Assembly (NCBI GenBank): GCA_030141605.1
Contig: JAQGDQ010000711.1
Span: forward strand, 1-64,000
Length of the DNA stretch: 64,000 nt
Source: Tubiluchus corallicola
Lineage: Eukaryota > Animalia > Priapulida
Direction: 5' to 3'
Shown here: positions 50,731 to 63,949 of the stretch, piece by piece
How the letters are laid out: the number at the start of each line of letters is the position of its first letter
Numbering within the stretch: the stretch's first letter is position 1
Program-made: the position numbers and the translations under genes
The notes under the pieces: model-generated
Database searches by the model: none
Told to the model about the DNA's origin: nothing
Seen by the model: only the letters and a program-made list of their open reading frames with translations

Positions 50731-51252
50731 AAATCACCAACCATTGTAAGAATCGCACAAAATCCAGTGGGTGTGGTACAAGATTTTTACCTGTGATATC
50801 ACCGACTATAGTATGGTATTAATAAGCACTGTCATTTGTCACAATCCAGTGTCTATGTACCGGATATTAAACGTTCTCTTGACATGGAGTGAGCTGAGAA
50901 CGTGTCGCTTGTATGATAGCAATGATTAATTAGTTTATTTGTCAGTTGGATGACCGTTGGATGACCAATATGATGTGCCTTATATGAGTTTGTGAACCAG
51001 ACCCCATCTTAAACTATAGTTCAAAACAATCTTCCCTGTGAAATATCGAAATTTGACGTACAATTTTTTCAAGAATGACTTACATAAAAGAATTTTTGTC
51101 ACAGCATGGTGATTTCGTGTTCGCGCCTCTAGTTCTTTACTCTTACATGCATTTCGCCGTTCGCTAGTTAGATGAACCGTTAATTAAGTTGTTAACCTAT
51201 TATTTAATTATCTGAAACAGTTTGGCATTATGTAGTCAGCAACAAGGTTTAA

Positions 51253-51712
51253 CCCTTTTAGTCCCAAATTATTTTTTTAATAAGAAAAAAAAATTTGGCT
51301 TGGTACTTTTGTTCAGTATGTCCATCTTGTTTACACATAATAATTATTTTTTTCTACCTGTGCCCGCGTGCTAACAATAGCCTGTATCCCACGGGATACA
51401 TTGGGATTCAATGGAAGCATAAAATGTGCTTCATTTTGCAACTGCTGATAATTTTTTAAAGTATTTAAGACATTTAGTATGCATGCTATGCTGATCTGTA
51501 CAAAGTCGTCTCTAAAGTACTGTACCTTACACAGTTTTTATGCTATGTAGATTTTCTAGTTTGCCATTTTATCACCGTTTTTAGTCTATTGTTATTGGCT
51601 TAAATCAAAATAAACTATTAACAGATCAAATAACTCTCAGTTTTAAAATTTTATTAATTTTAAAGGCAGAAAAAATTCTCGTATCCCACGATATACAACG
51701 GGTATGAAAGGG
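51253..51712. mobile_element. piggyBac-like MITE, copy 2
   Basis: Nearly identical to 34743-35192, same orientation, TTAA TSDs. Confidence 0.85.
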
Positions 51713-52917
51713 TTAAATTAAATATCTGAAGTTAATTTTTGAAATCAGATAAAGTTGCCGAAATATGATGATAATGATGAGAGTACATGTAGACAGTAGG
51801 ATTCCTGAAACAGCGTATGATCGTTATCTTACTCTATGTCTATATACCTTTTATATAACTGCATAAAATACTTAGTAAAGATTAAGCGTCCTAAGCTAAT
51901 TACTAAAACTAGCATATAAAAGCGACATTTCTAACACTATGTCATAAACAAGTATCATCCTATGTTTACTAAACATGTCTGACTTTCTTATATGTTTGTT
52001 ACTGGACTTTTATATGTGAAGGTAGAGTAAGAATGAAGCTACACAGTACTAACATTTTAAGATCGTTTAATATTTAATGCAAACTGTACATATATAATGT
52101 AGACCATTATAAAGCCTGGTTCGAAACGAAATGATTGTCGTTGACACAGTCAAATAGCAAATAATAACTTGAGTTAATTTTAAATTTATCAGTTACTCTT
52201 TATCAGAGAATATTGTCTTTATTGATATCATTTCTACCTGCAGTGCCACTTTGATGAATTTCCTGATTGATTTAAGTAGAAAAATTGGCTTCCCTGCGTG
52301 TGAAACGATTGGCTTCATTACTTTTAGAAGTTTTGCTATGAACCTTGCCGTGTTCGTAGAATTTCTTAGTTAAATTCACCGTTGGCTTGATGGTCGTAGT
52401 TTATAACAGGTTAGCTTAAATCAGAGGTTTCTGTTTACATCTTGAGTGAAAGTTTACAATTCCCCCGCACACGAGAAATTAGTTCTTGAAACGGGTTAGG
52501 GTTAGGGTTGGGGTTAAGATTAGGGTTGGGGTCAGAATTAGGGTATTTATATTGTATGGTGAAATGCAAACGCCTTCCAAATCTTTTTCTCCGTGCTTAT
52601 TATATAGTTTCCCCGTGAAATTTGAGTGATACTATCACACAGATCATTAAATTATAATGAGACCACCAGGCGATCTGATTTAACGAAGTTGAAATCTTCC
52701 TCGGGTTGTTAATATCTTTATTTTGATTAACTTCATTTATTTAAAGCGATTGTTGACATTGTAATTGTAATTGCAAATTTGTAACTACAATTGTAATTGT
52801 CGACATTGTAATTGCAAATTGAGAGTTGAACTGTTCTGTTGTTTTCACCAAATTTGAAGAGATGTGTCCACTTGTCGAAAAGGGCAATTAATTATTTGTC
52901 CTTCACTTACAGGTTAA

Positions 52918-53567
52918 AGCATAAGAAAACCCTCCACTTACATAGCGTAAAAAATTCGTCCTGAAATTTTACAACACTTACCTGCTGCCTTTTGCATTCA
53001 GGACTTGCGTCAGCAGTAACGCCGCATAAAACGTGTAAATTTAAACTCCCGCGATGACCGTTAGAGCAGCGATTTTGACGATAAGTCTTTGAAGCGAGTT
53101 TAGGTAACACTGAGTAAAGTTTGAAAAAATAATCAGTGCACCCGAGCAAAACCTGAAATGACTATTTTGCCAATAAGATAAAAAATCCGTTTTTCGTTAG
53201 TGAGTGGTGCACCCTGGAGGGTGAATCAGCGACATTTTACGACTTGGTGAAAGCATTCTAAATAATTAACAAATACTTTTCTAGTTACATAAATCTTTCC
53301 AGCAGGTAAGCGAAATGCTGAGTAATATAACTTTGCGTGGAACGTTTTTTTAGGAAATAATTTAACATTTCCCTTTTTTCCCTGATTTATGCTGTGCACG
53401 TATGACGTCATCTACTGGCACGAGGGAACAGTATTGCGGGACATTTAAAATGAAAAAAACAAAAAATATTTTCAACGTAAATACGATATACTCATAAAAT
53501 TGTTATAAAGGAATACAATTTTTAAGGCGATTTTTTCAGCCTACTTTAGGTACCCCTTTTTTGTCCT
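52918..53567 (-). mobile_element. TTAA-flanked Kolobok-like non-autonomous element, most complete copy
   Basis: TTAA at 52914 and 53568; imperfect TIR AGCATAAGAAAA / AGGACAAAAAAG. Related copies at ~7710-8177, ~16046-16560, ~28000-28220, ~36670-37440 and ~44780-45674. Confidence 0.65.
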
Positions 53568-54208
53568 TTAAGTTGTATTGTTAACGTAATAAACTACTAT
53601 AATATTTTCATAGTTGAGTGAATGTTACAAACCATTAACTTCGTAATTGGTCATAAAGTGATTCTCCAAATCTTGCTAAACCTGTAATTCTAAGATAGGT
53701 CAGTTGCCTGCTCAGGGAATTTCTCCCTGGAAAGCAACTATTTTGAGATATAGGTTACAAAGCATATATCCGTTTTTCCCGTTTATCTGTAATTAATGGA
53801 ACAGTAATTAATTTATGCAACATGTAATAGCTAAAATGCTAGATTATAATACAGATAAAATCTAGACATTGTATACTAGTTCATATTGTGACATCTAACC
53901 TATTTGATATCATTTGTCATAACGTACTAAGTGCAATAATTATCGCTCGTTAAAATATTATGATCTTTATTACATTATATTCGTTGTTTTGTGTTTACAG
54001 CTATGAAGTAGAGAACAACTTAATCATTTAATCATTTTAAAATCGCACATAACGGAATTTCGAGACAACTTTTATATAACGCATGAAATGAATCAATGAA
54101 AAGTAAGCTTTTCAGTCTGATAGTATTAACCATTAAAATTACAATTCAGTAAACCAGCATGTTCTGGACATGATATTAAATCAGGGAAGTTCTCGACACC
54201 ATTGTGGA

Positions 54209-56341
54209 TTTTTAAACTGATGTGTATGTAATGATCTAGGAGTTATTGAAGCTTTGACTCACACGGTACTACTTTTAAACTGATGTGTATGTAAAGCTCT
54301 AGGAGTTATTGAAGCTTTGACTCGCACGGTACTACTTTTAAACTGATGTGTATGTAATGATCTAGGAGTTATTGAAGGTTTAGCTCACACGGTGCTACTT
54401 TTAAACTGATGTGTATGTAATGATCTAGGAGTTATTGAAGGTTTAGCTCACACGGTACTACTTTTAAACTGATGTGTACGTAATGATCTAGGAGTTATTG
54501 AAGCTTTGACTCACACGGTACTAGTTTTAAACTGATGTGTATGTAATGATCTAGGAGTTATTGAAGCTTTACTCACACGGTACTACTTTTAAACTGATGT
54601 GTACGTAATGATCTAGGAGTTATTGAAGCTTTGACTCACACGGTACTAGTTTTAAACTGATGTGTATGTAATGATCTAGGAGTTATTGAAGCTTTGACTC
54701 ACACGGTACTACTTTTAAACTGATGTGTATGTAAAGCTCTAGGAGTTATGAAGCTTTGACTCACACGGTACTACTTTTAAACTGATGTGTATGTAAAGCT
54801 CTAGGAGTTATTGAAGCTTTGACTCGCACGGTACTACTTTTAAACTGATGTGTATGTAAAGCTCTAGGAGTTATGAAGCTTTGACTCACACGGTACTACT
54901 TTTAAACTGATGTGTACGTAAAGCTCTAGGAGTTATTGAAGCTTTGACTCGCACGGTACTACTTTTAAACTGATGTGTATGTAAAGCTCTAGGAGTTATT
55001 GAAGCTTTGACTCACACGATACTACTTTTAAACTGATGTGTATGTAAAGCTCTAGGAGTTATTGAAGCTTTGACTCACACGGTACTACTTTTAAACTGAT
55101 GTGTATGTAATGATCTAGGAGTTATTGAAGCTTTGACTCACACGGTACTAGTTTTAAACTGATGTGTATGTAAAGCTCTGGGAGTTATTGAAGCTTTGGC
55201 TCGCGCGGTACTACTTTTAAACTGATGTGTATGTAAAGCTCTAGGAGTTATTGAAGCTTTGACTCACACGGTACTACTTTTAAACTGATGTGTATGTAAA
55301 GATCTAGGAGTTATTGAAGGTTTGACTCACACGGTACTACTTTTAAACTGATGTGTATGTAAAGCTCTAGGAGTTATTGAAGCTTTGACTCACACGGTAC
55401 TACTTTTAAACTGATGTGTATGTAAAGCTCTAGGAGTTATTGAAGCTTTGACTCGCACGGTACTACTTTTAAACTGATGTGTATGTAAAGATCTAGGAGT
55501 TATTGAAGGTTTGACTCACACGGTACTACTTTTAAATTGATGTGTATGTAAAGTTCTAGGAGTTATTGAAGCTTTGGCTCACACGGTACTACTTTTAAAC
55601 TGATGTGTATGTAATGATCTAGGAGTTATTGAAGCTTTGACTCGCACGGTACTACTTTTAAACTGATGTGTATGTAAAGCTCTAGGAGTTATTGAAGCTT
55701 TGACTCGCACGGTACTACTTTTAAACTGATGTGTATGTAAAGATCTAGGAGTTATTGAAGGTTTGACTCACACGGTACTACTTTTAAATTGATGTGTATG
55801 TAAAGTTCTAGGAGTTATTGAAGCTTTGGCGCACACGGTACTACTTTTAAACTGATGTGTACGTAAAGCTCTAGGAGTTATTGAAGCTTTGACTCACACG
55901 GTACTACTTTTAAACTGATGTGTATGTAAAGCTCTAGGAGTTATTGAAGCTTTGACTCACACGGTACTACTTTTACACTGATGTGTACGTAATGATCTAG
56001 GAGTTATTGAAGCTTTGACTCGCACGGTACTACTTTTAAACTGATGTGTATGTAAAGCTCTGGGAGTTATTGAAGCTTTGACTCACACGGTACTACTTTT
56101 AAACTGATGTGTATGTAAAGCTCTAGGAGTTATTGAAGCTTTGACTCGCACGGTACTACTTTTAAACTGATGTGTATGTAAAGCTCTAGGAGTTATTGAA
56201 GCTTTGACTCACACGGTACTACTTTTAAACTGATGTGTATGTAAAGTTCTAGGAGTTATTGAAGCTTTGGCTCACACGGTACTACTTTTAAACTGATGTG
56301 TACGTAAAGCTCTGGGAGTTATTAAAGCTTTGACTCGCACC
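54209..56341. repeat. 63-bp minisatellite, ~34 copies
   Basis: TTTTAAACTGATGTGTATGTAA(TGA/AGC)TCTAGGAGTTATTGAAGCTTTGACTCACACGGTACTAC. Confidence 0.97.
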
Positions 56342-56564
56342 GTTTCGCTGTACCGCCTCAATGATTTCGCGGTACCCTCCGCTTTACGTGAAAGGAAAAT
56401 TTTGCAGACGTATCGATCTGATCAATCAGTACAGTTGGTTGTACTGGTTTCCTGGAGCCAGGGCAGTCTGTTCTGTACACGCTCCTGCTTTTAGATGTGG
56501 ATGTGACACGCCTTGAGGAAATTTCTTTCTTGTCCTACAAACACTGTCTTTGCAGAGTTGGAAC

Positions 56565-57846
56565 TTGGTCAAAAAGCTTTGCCCGCCCGCCCACATACTC
56601 GTTGCGTAAATTTAGTTTAAATTTGGAGCTGGTCAAAAAGCTTTGCCCGCCCACATACTCGTTGCGTAAATTTAGTTTAAATTTGGAGCTTGGTCAAAAA
56701 GCTTTGCCCGCCCACATACTTGTTGCGTAAATTTAGTTTAAATTTGGAGCTTGGTCAAAAAGCTTTGCCCGCCCACATACTTGTTGCGTAAATTTAGTTT
56801 AAATTTGGAGCTGGTCAAAAAGCTTTGCCCGCCCGCCCACATACTCGTTGCGTAAATTTAGTTTAAATTTGGAGCTGGTCAAAAAGCTTTGCCCGCCCGC
56901 ATACTTGTTGCGCAAATTTAGTTTAAATTTGGAGCTGGTCAAAAAGCTTTGCCCGCCCACCCGCATACTTGTTGCGTAAATTTAGTTTAAATTTGGAGCT
57001 GGTCAAAAAGCTTTGCCCGCCCACATACTCGTTGCGTAAATTTAGTTTAAATTTGGAGCTTGGTCAAAAAGCTTTGCCCGCCCGCATACTCGTTGCGTAA
57101 ATTTAGTTTAAATTTGGAGCTGGTCAAAAAGCTTTGCCCGCCCGCATACTCGTTGCGTAAATTTAGTTTAAATTTGGAGCTGGTCAAAAAGCTTTGCCCG
57201 CCCACATACTTGTTGCGTAAATTTAGTTTAAATTTGGAGCTTGGTCAAAAAGCTTTGCCCGCCCACATACTTGTTGCGTAAATTTAGTTTAAATTTGGAG
57301 CTTGGTCAAAAAGCTTTGCCCGCCCACATACTTGTTGCGTAAATTTAGTTTAAATTTGGAGCTGGTCAAAAAGCTTTGCCCGCCCGCCCACATACTCGTT
57401 GCGTAAATTTAGTTTAAATTTGGAGCTGGTCAAAAAGCTTTGCCCGCCCGCATACTTGTTGCGCAAATTTAGTTTAAATTTGGAGCTGGTCAAAAAGCTT
57501 TGCCCGCCCACCCGCATACTTGTTGCGTAAATTTAGTTTAAATTTGGAGCTGGTCAAAAAGCTTTGCCCGCCCACATACTCGTTGCGTAAATTTAGTTTA
57601 AATTTGGAGCTTGGTCAAAAAGCTTTGCCCGCCCGCATACTTGTTGCGTAAATTTAGTTTAAATTTGGAGCTGGTCAAAAAGCTTTGCCCGCCCGCATAC
57701 TCGTTGCGTAAATTTAGTTTAAATTTGGAGCTGGTCAAAAAGCTTTGCCCGCCCACATACTTGTTGCGTAAATTTAGTTTAAATTTGGAGCTGGTCAAAA
57801 AGCTTTGCCCTCCCACATACTCGTTGCGTAAATTTAGTTTAAATTT
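56565..57846. repeat. ~60-bp minisatellite, ~21 copies
   Basis: GGTCAAAAAGCTTTGCCCGCCCACATACTCGTTGCGTAAATTTAGTTTAAATTTGGAGCT. Confidence 0.97.
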
Positions 57847-58659
57847 TATTTTTTTACTGTGGATTTACAAAACAGACTGCGTCTTATACAGGTATCTCCA
57901 CGATGCAAGTGCTGAGTGCAAAGAGTTAGTAAAACCATAACTAACATCACAGCTAATATCACACTAGATTTGATAAAACGCTTGAGACTTGATTACATTC
58001 AGCAGATGGTGATTAAACTTACCTGCATAAACACAACATTTTAATAATAACAGTCATAATAAAAATGCATTAACAAAGTAAGTTGGCTGGTTAATCATCT
58101 AACAGTAAATTATATTATATTGTAAATCGAAACGTTGATTTAATGAACTGCTGTACATAATCTCTGGATAACAATGCAGCATTGGTGACCAGTTTTGAAT
58201 ACTCTCTATAATATTACGGGATTGTAATTTTGTAAAAGTTCAGTGTTACAATCTGGTGGTGATGCGTAAATTTCGTAATAGTTTCCACAAGTCTGACCCA
58301 AGCATACTGAATTCGTGGAGATATTTTTAAGAAGGATATTAACTCGAAAATTTGCTAAGCACACGTTCTTAAGAAAATGTTCTTAACAGGTGTTTGTCAA
58401 GCGTTCTTGTGAAACTTTGTGTAACATTTTACAGAAATTTTACGATACTTCGTATGAACGATCTTGCGAACAACTTAAAGTCGAGGTAAATTCTCACTAT
58501 AATATAAGCTTTTACAACGTAAAATCCTATTGTAATTACGAATATTTAACTTATTTTATTATAAACTTACTGTAAAGCTTGCTTCTATTTTTTTCGTTTT
58601 ACTAATAAGTGAAAAATACACGAATTCTTATTCTAACTGTAAACTGCTGAGGCTGCTCA

Positions 58660-58918
58660 GAGGCGTCATTGGGAACACCTTATGAAGAACTTTTAATACG
58701 AATATTGGAGTCCCCCAGGGGGACTGTCTTGGTCCAATACTTTTCACGCTCTACCTAGCAAATGCACTTAAGATCCAAACTCCTCCAAATGATGATGATG
58801 ATTACGACACCACTCTCTGTGATAACCTTCCTTACCATGTTCTGGACCACTCCTATCCTGCTCTGGAATCCCATGAACCATTGATCAACAATACGCGGAC
58901 GATATAGGATGGATTAGT
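58660..58918 (+). pseudogene. Reverse transcriptase fragment of a non-LTR element
   Basis: TNIGVPQGDCLGPILFTLYL, then (after a frameshift) IDQQYADDIGWI. Confidence 0.8.
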
Positions 58919-59632
58919 GTATCGAATTTTCACACAATGAAAAGTAATTTTTAGAGAAAAGAAACCTTTATGTAAACCAGTCAAAACAGAAGAATAAATT
59001 ATACACTGTATGTACATTCTTATTCTTATGCTGAGTCTCATCATAAATGCATTCATATGCAAAGTTGTACAGAATTGTATTCGCGTTCTTAGTACATAAT
59101 CTGCTTAAGCCTTTTCCTTTCAGTGAAATTCGTCTCGCTATCTCGTCTCAACGCATTGACAATTCTTAATGTCTTGCAATAAAGAAGTAACTTTTCTTTC
59201 AGTAATAATCTGCTGGTTCTATAGGTTTCTACTTTACGCTGTATAACGACTATATCTGACAGTTTTTAAAAGAAAGACAAGGTTTTTGTAATGTTGGTTT
59301 CCTTTTACTGTTACCATTTTTAGACTTAGTAAAAATGTAATAAAGAAATTTTGCAAAAAAATGTTTATAAAGCATGAAGTTAATCTATGCTACTGCTGTA
59401 TAGAAATTTTCGGGGTGCGGTGGCATTCACTTGAAAATCATGACGTAACTGGTGGACTTCTTGACCTATCGTTAGTGCATCGTGCATCGTGACTTTCCGT
59501 AAGCAAGAGCTGCTTAAACTAATTCAAAATTCTGCTGTTTACCTAATGTTCGTGCAAAAATATCAGTTGTCCACAAGGCATAACATAATCCTTTAACATA
59601 ATCGAAGGACTCGTTCTTTCCTTGCTGCTTGA

Positions 59633-61052
59633 CATACACATTACCACACGGTGACATCATTTTCTCGTGTCTCGTACACACATTACCACACGGTGACATC
59701 GTTTTCCCGTGTCTCGTATACACATTACCACACGGTGACATCATTTTCTCGTGTCTCGTACACACATTACCACACGGAGACATCATTTTCTCGTGTCTCG
59801 TATACACATTACCACACGGTGACATCATTTTCTCGTGTCTCGTACACACATTACCACACGATGACATCATTTTCTCGTGTCTCGTATACACATTACCACA
59901 TGGTGACATCATTTTCTCGTGTCTCGTACACACATTACCACACGGTGACATCATTTTCTCGTGTCTCGTATACACATTACCACACGGTGACATCATTTTC
60001 TCGTGTCTCGTACACACATTACCACACGGTGACATCATTTTCTCGTGTCTCGTACACACATTACCACACGGTGACATCATTTTCTCGTGTCTCGTACACA
60101 CATTACCACACGGTGACATCATTTTCTCGTGTCTCGTACACACATTACCACACGGTGACATCATTTTCTCGGTGTCTCGTATACACATTACCACACGGTG
60201 ACATCATTTTCTCGTGTCTCGTACACACATTACCACACGGTGACATCATTTTCTCGTGTCTCGTACACACATTACCACACGGTTACATCATTTTCTCGTG
60301 TCTCGTATACACATTACCACACGGTAACATCATTTTCTCGTGTCTCGTACACTTACCACACGGTGACATCATTTTCGTGTCTCGTACACATTACCACACG
60401 GTGACATCATTTTCTCGTGTCTCGTACACATTACCACACGGTGACATCATTTTCTCGTGTCTCGTACACACATTACCACACGGTGACATCATTTTCCGTG
60501 TCTCGTACACACATTACCACGGTGACATCATTTTCTCGTGTCTCGTACACTTACCACACGGTGACATCATTTTCTCGTGTCTCGTACACACATTACCACA
60601 CGGTGACATCATTTTCTCGTGTCTCGTATACACATTACCACACGGTGACATCATTTTCTCGTGTCTCGTATACACATTACCACACGGTGACATCATTTTC
60701 TTGTGTCTCGTATACACATTACCACACGGTGACATCATTTTCTCGTGTCTCGTACACACATTACCACACGGTGACATCATTTTCTGGTGTCTCGTACACA
60801 CATTACCACACGGTGACATCATTTTCTCGTGTCTCGTACACACATTACCACACGGTGACATCATTTTCTCGTGTCTCGTACACACATTACCACACGGTGA
60901 CATCATTTTCTCGTGTCTCGTATACACATTACCACACGGTGACATCATTTTCTCGTGTCTCGTATACACATTACCACAAGGTGACATCATTTTCTTGTGT
61001 CTCGTATACACATTACCACACGGTGACATCATTTTCTCGTGTCTCGTACACG
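59633..61052. repeat. 42-bp minisatellite, ~34 copies
   Basis: ACACATTACCACACGGTGACATCATTTTCTCGTGTCTCGTAC. Confidence 0.97.
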
Positions 61053-61481
61053 AAACTGCACGAAAACATTTTTGATTTACTAAAGTATTATGACACGATG
61101 TGTAAAGGCAGGTTTCATCAGGAAAAGTCGTAAATTTGGCTTGTGTAACGCCTGCAACTTGTTGATACGAACTATTGCCGTTGCCGTTGTTTCTAATCAC
61201 GTGGGAATCGACGGCTAGATACCGCCTGTCATCTTCCATCTGAATTTAATGTGTCATTTGGGAAAATCAAATTATTTTTCTTAAAGTCACGGTAAGTCAA
61301 GCGCCTATCAGTAATTGTCAGTTGGACAGTCTGGAGACTTAGATTGTGCAACAGACTGTGATACAGTAGCGTCAAAAACGGAATAGAACGGAGCAGAAAG
61401 AAATGGAATGGAACGGAATGACTGTGCGGAGCAGCACAAAAAAGAGCAAGAACAGAATGGAACAGAGCAGAACATAGTTGA

Positions 61482-61510
61482 ATTATTATTATTATTATTA
61501 TTATTATTTA

Positions 61511-61574
<64 letters not shown>

Positions 61575-61610
61575 ATCATCATTATTATTATTATCATTAT
61601 TATTACTATC
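61482..61610. repeat. (ATT)n microsatellite
   Basis: Direct inspection. Confidence 0.95.
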
Positions 61611-62469
61611 ATATTGTTTTATGCGTCTTTTCTCGTGGCTACGCTAAATGAGTATTTCAAAATACATTTCACGTGGTTTTTCCATTTTCTGCCAAAGTAC
61701 GGAAACGAATCCTAATTTCTTTACTGATTTTTTGCATTTTTAATATATTTACGTTTCTACTTTGAAGCAAAAGAATGACAGCTTTTCAATGAAGTCATCG
61801 GCCTACTGTTACTTTTCACGAATAAAGTAGCCCCTGGTCGTGCCATGAATTTCTAAATGCTTTGGGTGCATGTACATTTCTGCTGTTTTATAATCTTAGT
61901 CTGTGCAAATTTACAGTTAAGCTTGGTCCTAATTCCATATTCTTATACCAAAATTTGCTTTAGTCACAACCATTTTATTAGTACTGTATTTTATAGTGTA
62001 CGTTTCTGTAATGTCTTAACAATTTTTATACCACGTACTTGAGAATTTAAAACACCTTTGCCACCGCAATAACTACCTTTGCAAAAACTTACTTTGTAAA
62101 CTCGCTTTTATACTGAATTAAAAGGTTAGAAAATGCTGCGCTGCTGCAATGGAGGAATGCACGTACTACATAAAATAAATATTATAATAGGTCTGCAACC
62201 GTTATGCTATATGTTGCTATGTTGCAAGAATATCTTATGAAGTTGGCAACGTATTCTTGTATTGTCAGAATGTTGGTTATAATCAACATAGTGGAGTTGG
62301 ATCAAATGAAATCTTTGAACTGGTTTATTTTAATTTTTTAAACAAAAATCATGATGGAATCTTTTCCAACAGAACAAATGTTGTGATCGTTCAAGATAAC
62401 ATTGAAAACCTGTTGATAACGTACTCAATCGAGTTACCATTATAACCTTTGTGATTATCACCAATGGGT

Positions 62470-62965
62470 CACCTTCATCATTATCATGAGCATGATCATC
62501 ATCGTCATCAGCGGCAGCGGTATCTTCATCGTCATCACATCAACGTCATCATCATCATCATGTTCATCCTCGTCATCAGCGGCAGCAGCATCTTCATTGT
62601 CATCTACATCAACATCATCATCATGTTCATCCTCGTCATCAGCGGCAGCAGCATCTTCATTGTCATCTACATCAACATCATCATCATGTTCATCCTCGTC
62701 ATCAGCGGCAGCAACATCTTCATTGTCATCTACATCAACATCATCATCATTATGTTCATCCTCGTCATCAGCGGCAGCAGCATCTTCATCGTCATCAACA
62801 TCAACATCATCATCATCATCATCATCATCATCATGTTCATCCTCGTCATCAGCAGCAGCAGCATCGTCATCAACATCAACGTCATCAACATCATCATCAT
62901 CATGTTCATCATCGTCATCAGCAGCAGCAGCATCTTCATCAACATCATCATCATCATTTTCATCG
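62470..62965. repeat. (CAT)n-derived repeat with a ~63-bp superperiod
   Basis: Recurring CATGTTCATCCTCGTCATCAGCGGCAGCAGCATCTTCAT unit. Confidence 0.9.
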
Positions 62966-63346
62966 TTATAATTAGTACCGCTAACATAACAGTCTGTTGC
63001 AGCTGTTAATCATCCACCGTGAAAATACAGATTTGTCGTTTTTGCAAACTTAAAAGTTTTCCTCATACGTTCAAGTTCTAACTTGTTACTTTTAGTAGCT
63101 TATTTGTTTTCATATTTTATCTATATATAACACAAATAGCCTTGTAGAAAAACGTAATCGAGACTAGCATATGTTGTTCCTCTGCTTAGTTACTTATTGG
63201 GTAGCCACTATCATTTTTTTCGATTTTTCAATTCCAACTCCAGAATGCTCATTAAGCACTAAATCTGAACCTTTAAAACGTCTTCAGTTTCTTGATATTG
63301 GTGCATCATCAGCAGCTGCATTGCAATGGTTTGTCTTTATTTTCAG

Positions 63347-63503
63347 GTATCAAGACTTACTTCATTGTCCCAAAGAAAGAACAGATTACTGAGTTGGAGA
63401 TTTCACCTCACGAGGTCTCACACGGGATGCAGTCACAAGTGTCTACACCTGGCGAGCAGTCTTGCATTTCAGATAATACATCTTCCAATGGCGGACCAGG
63501 AAT
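63347..63503 (+). CDS. ADCY9: Adenylate cyclase type 9, next coding exon
   Basis: Acceptor ttttcag ends at 63346. The phase-1 join G|GT gives GIKTYFIVPKKEQ..., the 'KTY' strand that ends C1a. Donor AT|gtgagt at 63504. Confidence 0.85.
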
Positions 63504-63554
63504 GTGAGTAGTTTCCCTTTTTGTTTTAGTTTTGTCGATCTTTGTCTGTTAGTT

Positions 63555-63622
63555 TTTCTCTCCCTCTCTCCCTCGTTTGATTTCCTACATCTCTTCCTCC
63601 ATCCTTGCCTCTCTCTTTCTCG

Positions 63623-63710
<88 letters not shown>

Positions 63711-63809
63711 CCTCTCTCCCTCCTTCCTTGCCTCTTTCTTTCTCGCTGTCTCACTCTCTCTCTCTCTCTCTCTCTCTCACTCACTCACTCACTCACTCTC
63801 TCACTCTCT

Positions 63810-63846
<37 letters not shown>

Positions 63847-63898
63847 CTCTCTCTCACTCTCTCTCTCTCTCTGTCTCTCCCTCTCTCTCTCTCTCTGG

Positions 63899-63934
<36 letters not shown>

Positions 63935-63949
63935 GGCTCTCTCTCTCTC

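Larger units (their letters stand above)
20928..63346 (+). other. ADCY9: ~42.4 kb GT-AG intron of ADCY9
   Basis: Phase-compatible donor and acceptor; no AC-like exon recognised in between. Confidence 0.75.

Noticed and set aside
52493-52545. TTAGGG-like repeats (also ~34250 and ~43130)
   Set aside because: Short and degenerate; probably internal parts of small repeats, not a telomere or fusion site
59514-61239. Long ORFs (190-474 aa) on both strands
   Set aside because: Artefacts of a stop-free 42-bp unit
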